Positions 12,996 through 27,353 of a DNA stretch of 64,000 nt are shown here, piece after piece. The position numbers and the translations under genes were made by a program. Below the pieces are notes generated by a model. That model ran no database searches. It was given only the letters and a program-made list of their open reading frames with translations, and was not told the origin of the DNA. The stretch's first letter is position 1. Each line of letters opens with the position of its first letter. The DNA is from Eledone cirrhosa (lineage: Eukaryota), in assembly GCA_964016885.1 (NCBI GenBank), contig OZ024742.1, forward strand, positions 112,406,001-112,470,000, in the 5' to 3' direction.

Positions 12996-15055
12996 TGGAG
13001 TATAACAAAGGAATATGTAAAAAAACCCTGGGTCCGAAAAATCAGAGACAGAGACAAAGAGGACGACTGACCAACTAGCTGCTTTCACCTCGGCCAGTCG
13101 CCCTCAAAGTGATGGCAACTCAATCCACTAATGACCATGTGGTGAGAGGGCGAAGGCTTATAATGCACTACTACCTCTCCATCAAAGAAAAAGGGGAAGA
13201 AAGAAAGGAATAAAGAAGAAAAGAGGAAGAAAGAAGTCAGCGTAAGGTCACACTACAGTCATGCTAGAAAACGCCACGAAAAATGCTACTCCAAAGAATC
13301 TATATTTAAAAAGGGCATATATAATGTGTGTCTGTATGGTCTAATGTGTGAACTGATATTTGGAAGGTTAAACTTATGTTACGAGTTATAGGATGAAATT
13401 AAATTAAAAAATATTAAATTGCAAAATGATAAATTGAAAAATAAATTATTAGAAAAGTAAAGGTTAAGGTAGCGAGATTTATATAATGAACTTACAGAGA
13501 GAGTCTTATATGAAAAAGTTAATCTCGATAAGATATCAGGATGGGATATAGAGTAAAGATTCCAATTGTGAACTGCACTATGTTGAGTACCCTCCACAAT
13601 ATTACACCAAGATTGACCATACGGAATGATCAATTCTATCCAGTGGTTAAACGTCAAACCTAAAGAAATAATGCTCCAATAATGTTGAGCACTTCCAAAT
13701 GTAATATTGAACAGCGCCACTAACTTCAGTGTACAGCTCTTGCCAGTATGGGATGAACTGATCTACTTACCATTCGTATTTTGGCTGCTCTGTGCTTAAT
13801 CTACCACCCACCCGATACTGCTTCCTTGTCGGGAAGATTCCGTCTCAGATAAAACTGTACGCATTATACTAAAACATATATTGTATTGACTGGATTCTCT
13901 ACTCTATACCTCAGGACTTTTTTGTGACTCACACTGAATTCGGAGACCCGAACTTTACACTAGGTACCACCTGTTACCATACCATCTCTTCCATCCTCTA
14001 CATATATATGTACAACCTGTATGTACAACTTGATCTATATTGTATTTCCCCTTTACTGTGATTCCTCCGATACGTTCTTATATACTTCCGTCTTACTACA
14101 TCCCTTGTTATTTACTTTTATCAATTTTTTATTAATTTATTAATGTATTTTTATCAATGTATTCTTCATCTTTGTATTTTATCTTTATCTCTGTATTTTA
14201 TCTTTGTATCCTGCTTTTATTATTTTTTTGTAACTTTCCTTACTCAGGTCATTATGCACCTTTCATAGCCCCCTACCCACCAAAGAACCACACTACTTAT
14301 AAACCGGACTAACTGGAACTTTAAAATAATTATGGTCTATTTGCACTTTTCATTGGGTTGCTTCCTTCGACTTATGTGGTGGGTTTTCCCGGATCCGCGC
14401 TGGGCACTCGGGAAGTTTAGCCTTCCTTGAGTGCTTGGAAAAATAAATTTCCCCTCTTTCGGTAAACGAAATTACTCGGAGCTGGTTGCTTTGCCCCGGT
14501 CCCAACGCGCCGCCTGTTTTGGCCGCCATATTATACTTATACCTATAAACTCCAGACTTAGGCATAACTGTTAGCTGAATCATGCCTATACTGGCACGTA
14601 AATAAACCCCTCATGTGTGAATTAATAATATACACATTTTATAGACGATGGCCTGTCGAAATTGTAGACTTCCCGCTAGCACCCCCGGGGCCTAAGGTAG
14701 CTACGTTCCTAGAGTACTCTGAAAAATTAATTTCCATTTCTTTCGCTGGACGATACCACTCGTTACTGGCTGACTAGTGGTTTGGAGGTGCTGGCTGAAT
14801 TCACAATCGAAATCTTTACTCTATATCCCGTCCTGATTACTTATCGAGATTAACTTTTTCATATAAGACTCTCTCTGTAAGTTCATTATATAAATCTCGC
14901 TACCTTAACCTTTAATTTTCTAATAATTTATTTTTCAATTTATCATTTTGCAATTTAATATTTCTTTCAATTTAATTTCATCCTATAACTCGTAACATAA
15001 GTTTAACGTTCCAATTGTCGGTACACACATTAGACCATACAGACACCCAGTGGAT

Positions 15056-15230
15056 TGGCAGTATCGGTAGAGGGTCGGACGCCATGCTTTCCAGCATAGT
15101 TACGTCCCTTTACGATCTGAGTTCAAATCCCGCCGAGGTTGACTTTGCATTTCATCCTTACGGGGTCGATAAAATAAAGTACCAGTAATGCACTGGTTGA
15201 TTGCTGGCCCTGTGCATAAAGTAGAAACAA
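15056..15230 (+). mobile_element. tRNA-derived SINE, near full length
   Basis: A-box-like TGGCAGTATCGG, B-box GAGTTCAAATCC; absent from the matching site (~13325) in the other arm. Confidence 0.9.
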
Positions 15231-15549
15231 TTATATATGACTTTGTTAAATATAGATTCTTTGGAGTAGCATTTTTCGCGGGGCTTTCTAGCATGACTGT
15301 AGTGTGACCCTTACGCTGACTTCTTTCTTCCTCTTTTCTTCTTTCTTCCTTTCTTTCTTTTTCTTTGAGGTGGTATTGCATTATAAGCCTTCGTCCCCTC
15401 ACCAGTTGGTCATTAGTGGATTGAGTTGCCATCACTTTGAGGGTGACTGGCCGAGGTGAAAGCAGCTAGTTGGTCAGTCGTCCTCTTTGTCTCTGTCTCT
15501 GATTTTTCGGACCCAGGTTTTTTTTTACATATTCCTTTGTTATATTCCA

Positions 15550-15607
15550 ATACCTGATAATATCACTGGATTCATATGGAACCCGGTCATTGAAATGATC
15601 ATAGTAT
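15550..15607 (+). ncRNA. Degenerate hammerhead ribozyme (CTGATAA core)
   Basis: atac-CTGATAA-tatcactgg..ccggtcatt-GAAA-tgatca-TA-gtat followed by AATAAA; consensus with the 12938 copy is CTGATGA. Confidence 0.7.
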
Positions 15608-15881
15608 AATAAACCTTTCAAGCATTTACACCAGTCCAGCCGCCTGTTATTTTATTTATATTTAACTCCGTATTCGCAACACCAACTACACAAACGAAGA
15701 CGGGTGAACTGCACTACGTTGAGTACTCTCCACAATATTACACCAAGATTGACCATACGGAATGACCAATTCTATCCAGTGGTGAACCAACAAACCTAAA
15801 GAAATATATATATATGACATACGTAACACACATGCTCTATGGTGCAACACAAAAAAATATATGTGCATATATATATGTATG

Positions 15882-15920
<39 letters not shown>

Positions 15921-16068
15921 AATATATGTGTGTGTATATATATATAGTGAATAACATTTCACACCTTTTTTTGTTAAGATTTTTGATGTTCTATTAAGAG
16001 AACCGATTTTACTGAAAAAATCGAATAATGTACACCATTTTACCAGGGGGAAAAAATACTGGTCCACC

Positions 16069-16109
<41 letters not shown>

Positions 16110-16291
16110 CACACACACATACACACGCGTACATCGACATACAAAGAGACTTATATACACACACACACACACACACACGCACTTCTCCGTATAAGATAAA
16201 AGCTGAAAAATATCTTTTGACATGCTAAAATACCCCCCATTGCTTTCAGACACATTCTTACTGACCATCCCTGCCACCACGAATTACTCTG

Positions 16292-16339
<48 letters not shown>

Positions 16340-16369
16340 ATCTTGATAGCCATTTGACACACATCGCTG

Positions 16370-16964
16370 CTAACCATTATCACAACATCGAACACCTTAC
16401 TACTACTACTACTACTACTACACACACACACACACACACACACATACACACACACACACACATATTTGTTGTGAAACAGTCATTTCTCAATCTTGGCGCA
16501 AAACCAATTTTTTATTCACATGACCTCTACCGACCAATCAAAATTGTTTTGACCACAATAATTTTTGCTGGAGCCACTTGTTTAACATAAAAACAGTCTT
16601 GGCGCAAAATCAATTTTTTACATTCACATCACCTCTACCGACCAGTCAAAATTGTTTTGACCACAAGAATTTTTGCAAATTGGAGCCACTTTTTTAACAT
16701 AAAAACAGGTAGAATTCCCAAAACTAATCAGATCAGAGCAAACAGCACGGACACTCTATCTCAAAATTATTTTTGAAAAGCATTTAGAAATGCGCAACCG
16801 GTAAAAACTTAAAAAACTTAAAACCACAACTGAATACTAACCCATACAATCACTAATACTCTTTTATTCCTAATTAAACCATTTTTCAACTGTGAACAAT
16901 TTGTCAGCATTTTCTATTCCGTTTACCAATATATAATAACTTGTGTGTTACACCTCTATTCTTT

Positions 16965-16970
<6 letters not shown>
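16370..16970. repeat. Inverted second copy of the 2490-3035 element with ~107-bp internal duplication
   Basis: tcttggcgcaaaa..ggagccactt..aacataaaaacag repeated at 16491 and 16597. Confidence 0.85.
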
Positions 16971-17020
<50 letters not shown>

Positions 17021-18347
17021 TATATACATGGAAATACATAAATATATATATGTATATAAAGGAGAAGGTCATTTCCACTTTTTGTAAGTAATACGAGACT
17101 TGCAGAATGGTTATTTAACTGTTAATGTAATGAAAACTTACGGATGATCACTAAACACATATGAATTAATCCATCGAGATAGGCTTTAATCCATGGTTAT
17201 TTTTCAGGTTCCAATAATACATTGAGTATTTATATTATATTAAGTCAAATATACAAGTCTTCTTTAGAAAAAAATATTACTTCATTCTACACATTTACAT
17301 AAGTTTAATTATCTAATTATTTCACTTTCTACGGGTTTGTAAGGAAATATTGATATATCTCTGCAGTTTATTCTGGACTACTGGACCTTTGGAAATATAG
17401 CACGTAAAAGCTAGCCCTCAGCGCAAGCGCACATATATACGAAGGATATAGCTTGACAACCCCTTATTCTTCCAATAATCTTCTTTCGTAAATCCTGGCC
17501 GTTGGGAGTAAAAAGATAACTGCCTTATTATGGAATACATTTAACACATGTTATTTGTATGTTCTAATAAAATTTATATTTTCGAAATTCCTTAATTTTA
17601 CTATTCTACTTATTCATGCAACCTTACACACTTATAATTGTTTGTATCTTGTTGAAACCTCGATCGATTGTTTTCTAGGTAATATTATTATCAACTTTTC
17701 CAACTCTAAATTTTGCATAGCTCTATTCCCCTGAATATAACATCACGGTGTATTGGCTTGTCTAACAGACGACATTTGTTCTTTGCGACAGTGTAGCTCC
17801 AGCTATATTTAAGGGATAACAATCTTTATGACGAATGTTGACTATCACTTGATTACACCTACACCATCCACAATACTTACCTGCTGACAAAGATGTCATT
17901 AAATGTCATTCGGTTACCGCCAGCTATCGATATAACATCACCATATGGGCAGGCTGTCCTCGATTGGAATTTTCTATATTCTATCTTCCATTTTTTCTCT
18001 GTCTCCTATCTTTCATTCTATATTTAGGTTCAAGGTAATCCTGTTACATAATTCTGGAAATAACATCCGATGAAATCGCCTTCTCTAGCATAATAAACGG
18101 ATGATAAGCCTGTATCAACGAAATATGTATAGTTATTTCACGTGATTACAATTTTAAAGTGAATTTTCCAGTCCATCCTTCTGTTGCTGTTTTAATAAAT
18201 ACTTTAATCTGTTCCCGGAACAACCACAGGATATCACATTTACGATGGATGATGTGCTTAACGCTGAGTGCATTAAATTATTTGCTGCATCATCGTTTAC
18301 CAACTCGAACCACCGATTCTACACATTGATAAACAGCCTAATATAAA

Positions 18348-18425
<78 letters not shown>

Positions 18426-19053
18426 ATGTGTTTGTGTTTTTTTGTCTCCATGTATATATATAAATATATATATCTGTGTGTGTCTGGGGGGGGGGGGGTA
18501 GTGTATATATATATATATGCAAAAGTCAAACAGAAATACCAAACAAACGACACGGTACATTGGAGAAATATATTATTAGTTTTATGCTTGATATAGTAGG
18601 AACATGTCTTCAAGTTTGGGGCACTAGCAATTCATCAGAAAATAGAATGAGAAAATAAAGGAGAAATAGAAAGTTTGAGGAGACGGGTGGAAACAGAAAA
18701 ATAAATTTAGAAAAAAATAACAGGTCCATTCATATTACCATTCCTTGGAGAACCGTTGATGTTGATATTCTTTTTGTATGATATATTGTTTGAGATGGTA
18801 TTGATCGAGCGCGAATATCTGATAGTGAAACAAATCGTTTTGTATATAGACTTAATCGTGTGCGCGGGCGTATACATGGGTGTGTCTGTGTTTTTTGCGG
18901 GTGGTGGGGTACAGAGCTGTGAATGTAAATATAGAGATGTGTGTGTGTGTGCGTTTTTTGTTGTTCTGTATGAGCTGTAAAAGTGTATGTTTCTGAGCAT
19001 GACATACTCTAGTGTGTGAAAGTAGGAGCATGAGTGACAACGGACGGGGAAAT

Positions 19054-19161
<108 letters not shown>

Positions 19162-19198
19162 TGTATGTATAATATATTTGGCAATATATCGTAGGTTT

Positions 19199-19752
19199 AA
19201 TTAAAAACATTTTGAAGAACTTGCGCTATCACTTTTAAAGTAGTGACTATGTCACTTATTCTAATTTCGGCAAAAGAAGGAGAGCGGCTGACAGATTCTG
19301 TTTCACACTGTTGGCGATCCTCAGAGCATCGTACTACCCGCCTTTGCCGAAAATTATAGAGGGTGGATTCTTATAGAATGACAGTAATAATCAGGAACTG
19401 ATTATACAGAGCGATTGCCGGTCTAACAAAAATTAAAAATTAGGATTGGTGCTCTGAAATTGAGATGTATACAAGAATGTATGTAATACCGCATGTTTAA
19501 TTAAAGTGACATAGACACTACTTTAAAAATGATAGCGGAAGGTCTTCAAAATGTTTTTAATTCTATAAGAATTCAACCTCTATAATTTTTGGCAAAGGCG
19601 GAAAGTAGCATGCTTCGAGGATCGCAAAGTAGCATGCTTCGAGGATCGCCAACAGCGTGATACAGAATCTGTCAGCTTCTCTCCCTTCTTTAGCCGAAAA
19701 AAGTAGTAAGTGACACAGTGACTATTTAAAAATGATAGCGCAAGATCTTCAT
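19199..19752. mobile_element. Short HHR element with inverted and partial tandem copies
   Basis: 19199-19380 is inverted at 19562-19752 and partly again at 19503-19562; the plus copy has a mutated HHR at 19636-19676. Confidence 0.8.
19287..19327 (-). ncRNA. Type I hammerhead ribozyme
   Basis: gct-CTGAGGA-t.cgc.caaca.gtg.t-GAAA-caga.a.tctg-TC-agc; GUC site. Confidence 0.88.
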
Positions 19753-20639
19753 GTAGACACAGCCACACACACACACGCACCCCCCCCCCCCCCCACACAC
19801 ACACATACACACACACATACACACACACAAATATATATATATATATATATGTACTTGAAAGACATTTTGAACTCCTCATGCAATCCCCTATTATTTCGCA
19901 GCCCTCGTCCTCAACATTTAACCCTCTAACTTTTCCTTCTCTCTTTCCGAAATCCGTAACATCAATCACGCCCCCACCCCAATCTTTCTTTGTTTTTGTT
20001 CTTCCTGTCACACATTTCTCGCACATTCTATCGTTCTCTTCATCAAACACCTCGACAACCAATAATTTTTTCTTCACATCTATTAAATTCTGCAAACTAA
20101 ATTCCCTGTTTCCCCACTCACACAAGTAACCTCAACTAACGCCACCCACACTATCTACAGACCCGAACCCTCTCACAAATCCAAAACTACGCATTGCAAC
20201 CTCACCATTTTCCACAATCCAGTACGTGTCGCAACGCTTCTGACTTCAACCCAACCCTCCCCATTGAACCACATAATATCCCGCAAATTGTTTCTCTATT
20301 CCCTAAACTTCAAATCTCCGGACTTGAATATTCCATCCCCAATAGTGTTCAATTTCCATAAACACTCTCAGTGGTGCAATATCTCCCGTGCTGAACATAC
20401 CGGCCTCCACTTTCATTGGAGCCTTGTCAACATCTTCATCAAACAGGTAGATATGTGGCCGCATCAGGTATGTAGCGAGCCGACCACTAGAATTTGAGTT
20501 ACTACCACTGTTCTATAACACTCACATGTACTTCCCCCTGCACTCAATTCCTGCAATACAAATAAGAAGTAACCTACACTGTAAAACAACTGTTTGCCTC
20601 CTCATTTCTACTACCCATCACCAACAAACTCATCGTCCG

Positions 20640-20900
20640 CACAACATACACTTCCACCATCTACTTGTTCTTCCCAGAGTCTTTAGGACGCCACGTCGTC
20701 TCTGCCTCCAACTGCTCCGTCAAACACATTTCCGCCTATCACGATTCCATTTTCGCCCTTCTAATAGCCGCCCTTCTATCCCACATATCTATCACCAACT
20801 ACACCCTCCACCCCTTCCGATCCTTCATCTTCTCTCCTAGTCCACCTTTATTACTTTCAGCCACGGTACCAAGTCCCTTTACTCGTTCCTTCACGATGCA
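20640..20900 (+). pseudogene. Highly decayed Penelope-like RT fragment
   Basis: GRHVVSASNCSVKHISAYHDSIFALLIAALLSHISITN resembles the PLE RT motif GRPIVS..CPTE.IS.YLD......LPS.I.DT. Confidence 0.65.
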
Positions 20901-21929
20901 TACGGCCTATGTCACCACCAGGATATCCTTGACCTTTCAAACAAATCTTCACCTCAATCCTCATCCATCTTGCCAAGCTGGTGTACGCCTTCAAATGCTT
21001 TTCCATCTCGAGTGAGCTTTATCCACAAGTAACTATGTTGGACATAGGCATAAAGAATATGCTGGATTTGACAGCCCAGCTCATTAATACATCTAACTTA
21101 AGATGTTGTAAATTATAAAGCAAAGTTTAGAAGCAAAGTTTATATGAATGAAAAAGCAGTAGCTCCAATATATGTTTTAGTGGCTACATGAGTGTTAACA
21201 GTGCATTTATATACTACATTATTAGTAAGACAGAGACCGCCAAGAGGGCAGTTATTAGGATTTGTATAATTACTGTTAAGTTTAGAGGCATTGAAATTGA
21301 AGTTTGAAGGTAAGGGGATAGAACTTGTATGGATGTCATTTGAGGTAGAGTTGATAGGGAAGTTAAAGGAATACCTATTAACGTTAGAATTATTAGTAGC
21401 CAGAGGGTTAAACGGTAGAGGTAAATTAATAGAGAGGGAGGCACGATGTTTCTTTAGTTACTTACGGTTGCTAAAAGCAATATGGTCAGCGGGGTTAATA
21501 GGTAGTAGAGAAAGAAACCTTAACAATATTTTTTGTTAAATAATCTATAGTACTTATGGCAAGGTTGTAAGTTGCTGCGTATGATGGATAATAATTTTTC
21601 GAGGGGCTAGAAGCGAAGCTACGGGTGCACGGAGGATATTACAGGAACCATTTCTAGACCTTTTTCGGTGAGGAGTACTTGTATAAAGATGGTTTATTAG
21701 TACATATAGAGTATATTTAAAGTTATTATTCTTAGTATTACGGGAAAGTAGTTGATTAGGATGTGTACTAGAACTAAACTTGAACTCATTGGTAGGAGTG
21801 GGTAGCATATCATTGTTAGGAGACCTGTTATTTCTATGTTTGTCTTTAAATCTATTATTACTAGAAACGTACCTCTGCGAAATTACAATATTCTAAAATA
21901 AACAATGGGTATATTGAACAGCAGCAAGG

Positions 21930-22185
21930 TAGTAAATCTTATCGTATAGCATGATTTAGAAAGAGCCTCATTGTAGTATCAAGCTATTTCCTTAAATGTA
22001 TCTTCATTCACAGAGATCCTAGAGATTCTATAGGAAATAAACTTTACAATAGATTTAAGAATATAGGGGGTGGTTAGAAATACTTTAATATAAGTTAGGT
22101 TCTCACCAGGTTTATGATAAGGTCGGTAGAGACCGGTGTCAATGTCCAGAGAAGCATCTAGGAAATTTGTTAGCTTGTCTTGCAC
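21930..22185 (-). pseudogene. Penelope-like RT thumb fragment
   Basis: NFLDASLDIDTGLYRPYHKP..ISRISVNEDTF..YYNEAL is homologous to the 29802 ORF. Confidence 0.85.
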
Positions 22186-22288
22186 TTAATACGCGATGAA
22201 CACACTATCCGTTTCAGTACTGGCTTATAATTCCCACAGCTAATCTCCTATCTATAGTTCTTGATTGGTTTGTACACATACTTTTGTC

Positions 22289-22348
<60 letters not shown>

Positions 22349-22619
22349 ATACACATACATACCCAGACACACACGTACACACACACATACACGCACATAT
22401 ATATATATGCATGTATATGTATGTATATGTATGTATATATATATGTATATATATATACACATACATATACACGCACAAACACATATATACACACATACAT
22501 ATATACACACACATATATACACATATACGCATATACACACACCCAATTAGATATACGTATACTTACATACGCGTACTCATACACCCACCTACATACATAT
22601 ATATATATATATATATACG

Positions 22620-22778
22620 TTATTCCGGGTTGAATCGGAGGTAACCACAGTAAGTAAGGTACTCAATACATAGCAGAGTATAAAAGTTTTAATATAGATG
22701 AGATTCTACAGGACTAGAACTGTTTCATTCTTTAGAAATCATCAAAGAATGAAACAGTTCTAGTCCTGTAGAATCTCA

Positions 22779-22785
<7 letters not shown>
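22620..22785. mobile_element. Mini-foldback (42-bp perfect arms, 10-nt spacer) with truncated HHR
   Basis: 22692-22733 / 22744-22785; minus strand reads TGATGA-t.ttc.taaa.gaa.t-GAAA-cagttc-TA-gtcc. Confidence 0.8.
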
Positions 22786-22811
<26 letters not shown>

Positions 22812-23070
22812 TGGCTGCCAAACTCGTTTTCGAGTACGGCCAACTACTTTATATCCTTGTAGGAGAACCCTTACCGATGCGCTGAACAAGGGTGACTTTT
22901 TAGTCCAGCCAGCGACTTGAAACTAGACTTGTGACAATTATTGACACATAGTGCTGGGCCCATGGTACCATGTGATGACAAGTGCAGAGAGATGTCCAGA
23001 TATAAAGCAATGCCTGTGCCGTGAAGCTTTTATAGTGAGCAAAGGCACGGCACAAAGCCAGTCCCACTCT

Positions 23071-23125
<55 letters not shown>

Positions 23126-23423
23126 CATAGGTACACATATATATATATATATATATATATAAATATTTCATCGTATAAACGATGTATATATATATATATA
23201 TTTCGTTTGTGAATTTGTTTAGCAAGATTCTTTATCTGAAATCGTGTGTTGAAACCGATATTGTTATACTTTGGGAGGGGCATGTTGCCAATAAGAAACA
23301 CAAGCACCAGTTGCTTTCACTTCAATTTATTATATATTTATAAATTTATAAATTTACAAATCTACAAATTTTTAATTTTCTGGTTGGTTGGTTGGTTCCA
23401 CAACCAGATAGTTGTTTATATAT

Positions 23424-23468
23424 AGTCATAGTCCTTTCGTCACACACTTTGTGACCTCTTCAGTGACT
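23424..23468 (-). ncRNA. Minimal type I hammerhead ribozyme in pseudo-LTR
   Basis: agtca-CTGAAGA-g.gtcac..gtgac-GAAA-ggac-TA-tgact. Confidence 0.85.
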
Positions 23469-23671
23469 GGGGATTCCTTCTTTGTTTCTGTGTCTTTCCT
23501 TTCTTCTGTCCTACGCCATTTTGTTTCTGTGTGTGTGTTGTGTGCTCAGTTTGCGCATGCGCCACAACCGGGTGTCTGTGTGTGTTTGTGTTCATTTATC
23601 TATTTGTTTATTTATTTACATGTTGCTGGTTGGTTGTTTGTTCTATGTGTGTGTGTGTTTTCATTTTGTCC

Positions 23672-26600
23672 TTAATTGTAAGTTGTGATGTTGCTGTTCC
23701 ACTCATATTTTCTATTTAATTTTGGTTGTAATTCTTTTATGTTTACTGCCTCTGTAATTTGTCTAAACATTGCATCTTTTCTATGTGTAGATTCTATTTT
23801 TATTTCTATGTTCTCTAATTTACCCTTGTGTTCTATCTTAGCATGTTCGTAGAGTACAGATGATTCTTTATTATCTTGAAGGTCTCGCCAGTGTTCATTT
23901 ATCCGTTCCGCTATACTACGAGCTGTCTCACCTATGTACACTATATTTTTGTTTCTACATTGTCCTTCAGTACATCTTATGCTATACACTACATTTCTAG
24001 TTTTACAGTTAATATGGGGGCTCGTTTTACAGGTTATACATTTCTTATCTATATATGAGGGTCTTGGGAACGGGTATGTTTTGCTAATAAGTTTTTTTAC
24101 GGAGGTACCTGGTCTTTCTACTATCTTAATATTGAGTTTATGTTTATTTAGGGCCCTTCTAAATGTGTAGGCTAGTTCGCCTCTAGGGGTTGTATTGATG
24201 AACATTACACTCTGGTATTTATTGCTATCATACCATGAGTTTATTCTATTGGCCTTGTTCCTCGTTCTTTCTATTCTATTCCAAAATTTGCTCCTATACA
24301 AGGGGCAGGTCCCATTTATGTCATTATTTACCATTTTTTCCCATTTGGTTCTGGCTCCTCTATACACTCTGATTCTATCTCTCTGATTGTAGCCAGAGAA
24401 CTGCATACGGTGGATGAAGTGTTGTATGTGTCTCTCTAGTTCTTCGGGGTTGCACATGCGGGACACATTTCTCATCACCCGTACCAAATCCGCAATCAGT
24501 ATGTTGATTTTGGTATGGTCCGAAATGGCCGAGTTTCGGTGGCTCAGATGTTTGGAAGTCATGGGTTTGGCATAATGGGAATGGAGGATTTGTTTTTAGT
24601 TGTTAATGGTATCTAACCAGAGCTCTGTGTCTAGTACAGGTAATCGATGGTTGGGGTGTCTACTTGGGTAGTCTATAGTAACTCTAATGCTCTGGTGGAT
24701 TGAGTTTGCTATTTGCTGGATGCTTTCCATTGTGTTTTTCTCTAGTTCCTGACTGTTCTCTAGTGGGGGTGTCTTAACTACAATGTTTATATCATCTACG
24801 TAGCGGGAGTACATTATCAGGTTTAAGCTGTCTTCTAATTGTTCTTTAAGTTTAAGTTTAAGTCTACTGTCCCACCATACCATGAATAAGTTAGCTATGT
24901 CGCCTGCAATGCTAACACCAATGGCTGCTCCTTCCTCTTGGGCATATGTTTTTCCATTAAATTTGAACATATGTTCCTTAAGGGTTAATTTTATGCTGGC
25001 CCCTACCGCATGTGCAATATTTTTCTTCAGTTCATTGTGGTTTTCGGGTGTCCGTATGGCTCTGGTCCACCCGTTCCATCTATCTGTGTGGGTTTTCTTT
25101 GCCATTGAGGTAATGGTAGGTGGTCTGCCTCTTGCTGGTCTTGTAGGGCACAGGTTGCTAAGGTCATAAGTGTCTAGGTAACTATTACTATGGGTAAGCT
25201 TAAGTAGAAGTCCCAGCTCACTGGTATCAATCCCACGGAACTCAACCTTGCTCTCACTGATCATTTCTACGCATTTCTCCACAGCAAAATCCACGTCAAT
25301 AGATGGATACAGGGACACAACATCCATACTGCCTATTATGCTGTTTGTTAGGTCCCCAGATCGGTTACTCACGCCGATTCTGCTGAGGAGGTCCTCCGTG
25401 CTGTCACACATCTGGGGACATCTCAATGATGGGGCGTATGATCAGGGAGAGGAAGTAGGACAGTCTGTAGTTACTAGCAATGTTAGCTCCACAGACTGGC
25501 CGTGTTGGTGGTCCCGCGACAGGGTCACAACCCGTTTTATGGTCTTTTCGAAGCCCATACAACGCCGGCACGTCATTGTTTCAGGCCTGGAAGTTGTTGG
25601 CAGTCCTTTTGTTGGGCTGCATTATATTCGACCACATCGCCATATGGGCATTGAGGGCTTTTTCTCTATCCTCATGCTCCTGTGGTGTTACCTCTCTTGT
25701 GTTAGTGATGTGGGGTTGCATTTCCTGGATGTAGTTTGGCAGGCTGTCAACCGACATTCTGCTGGAAAGCATGCTATCTCTCCATTACGTGAGCGCTGCA
25801 TGAGCTTAGGCAAGCCATTTGCAGATTTTTCTCCCAGTTGCTGGGCCTCTATTCTATTATGCTTCTTGCTATACTGTTCTATAATATTTCTAAGTTCGGA
25901 TCTAGCTATACTAAATTGTACTTATGTTTGTTCATCGACCTGCGACGGCAACTGCGTGCGTTTGTTAAATGGTAAAGTCGTGGCGTGGACTCGTCGCAGG
26001 TCGAATGATTTATCGGAGGGATTATAAAACGGAGAGTTCCAGGCTAGTGCTATTGTTATTGTTAGTTGTGTTGTTTCTATTTCTATTTCCACCAACAGTC
26101 TCATGGTTGTTTCTATGTCTCTCATAATTACTCCTGTCTCTTTCCACTGGCTCAATGTTGTTATCTACCCTATTTTGTGTGTCTGTGTGTTCGTCTTGGT
26201 TATTCTCTTTGTCCTTAGTCTCCCTTCTCCTTTTCCTTTTAATCCTATTACTTTCCCTTATTTCTGTGATTTCTGTGCTACTGTCATTACTTGTTTTCTG
26301 TGTCTGTGTGTTTGTTAAGATTGTGGTGGTGGTGAGAGGCATTGAATGCGTGTGTGTTGTTGTTGTTGATGTGTGCTGTTGTTGATGTGTGTTGTTGTTG
26401 TCTCCGTGTGTGTTATCGTTGTCGTGTGTGTTGTTATTGTTGTTTGTGTCTGCGTGTCTGTCGTTGTTGTTTCTGGGTATGTTGCTATTGTTGTTGTTGT
26501 TGATGTGTGTGTTGTTGTTATTGTTGTTTGTGTCTGCGTGTCTGTTGTTGTTGGGATGTGTGTTGTATATGTGTGTGCGTATATTGTTGCTTTTGTTTTT

Positions 26601-27353
26601 GATGCTCCAGCGTAGGTTTGTAAATGATTTTTCTATTTCTGACAGACAACTAATCATATTTACCTTCTTGAATGTCGCAAATTTCGGCGGCAAACATAAC
26701 ACAGACATTTAATTCATTATCTATTTTTGCGTTCCCATATATGTTGGTGTTTTTGTTGTTGTTGAACTCTTCTGATAATGAGGTGTCGGCCATGTTGATA
26801 CCGTCAATTTTGTCGTGATATCTATTGGTATACTCTATAGTATCCTGATTTAGCTTTGCCTGTTTAAGCCACTTTAGTTTCCTGTTAAAGTGCCTATCAC
26901 ATTCTTAAGTAATGTACTGTTCTTCAGGGCGTATAAGGCTTATAAATATTAGTTTCTCTCTTGGTGTGGTGATCCTACCTATTCTTGTATTAGGTTACGC
27001 TTTTGTTTTTCTTGATGACTTAATTCTCTATGGATATTCTTTTTTATGTTTAGAATTAATGTTCGTTTTAGCCTATCTGCTTGTTTTTTGGTGAGTTGTA
27101 ATCTTCCAACGTCGGTATTGATGGTGTTGGTCTAGATTCTGGAGGAGGCACACTGCTTTATGAAGTATAGTTGCCGAGATGTTATGGTTTTTCGTAGACA
27201 ACAGAACATGGTGGTTTTCAGTATCTTGTTAGCCTGGCTAAGGCTTACGATATTTCGTTTCTGAATTTGTTTAGCAAGATTCTTTATCTGAAATCGGGTG
27301 TTGAAACCGATATTGTTATACTTTGGGAGGGTCATGTTGCCAATAAGAAACAC
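23672..27353 (-). pseudogene. Penelope-like RT plus GIY-YIG polyprotein, interrupted
   Basis: IGSMDVVSLYPSID, QEEGAAIGVSIAGDIANLFM, YSRYVDDI (24596-25426); NVVYSIRC..YIGETARSIAERINEH (23672-24562); split over several ORFs. Confidence 0.93.

Larger units (their letters stand above)
12888..15805 (+). mobile_element. ~2-kb non-coding HHR element with direct terminal repeat and upstream inverted copy
   Basis: Direct repeat 13569-13670 / 15704-15805; inverted arms 12888-13561 / 14811-15662; (TA)n flanks. Confidence 0.85.

Noticed and set aside
18057-18139. CCGATGA..GAAAtatgtata with 8-bp outer stem
   Set aside because: Stem I register is off by two and stem II is unclear.
18596-18642. Minus-strand CTGATGA..GAAGacatgttc
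   Set aside because: Stems I and II do not pair.
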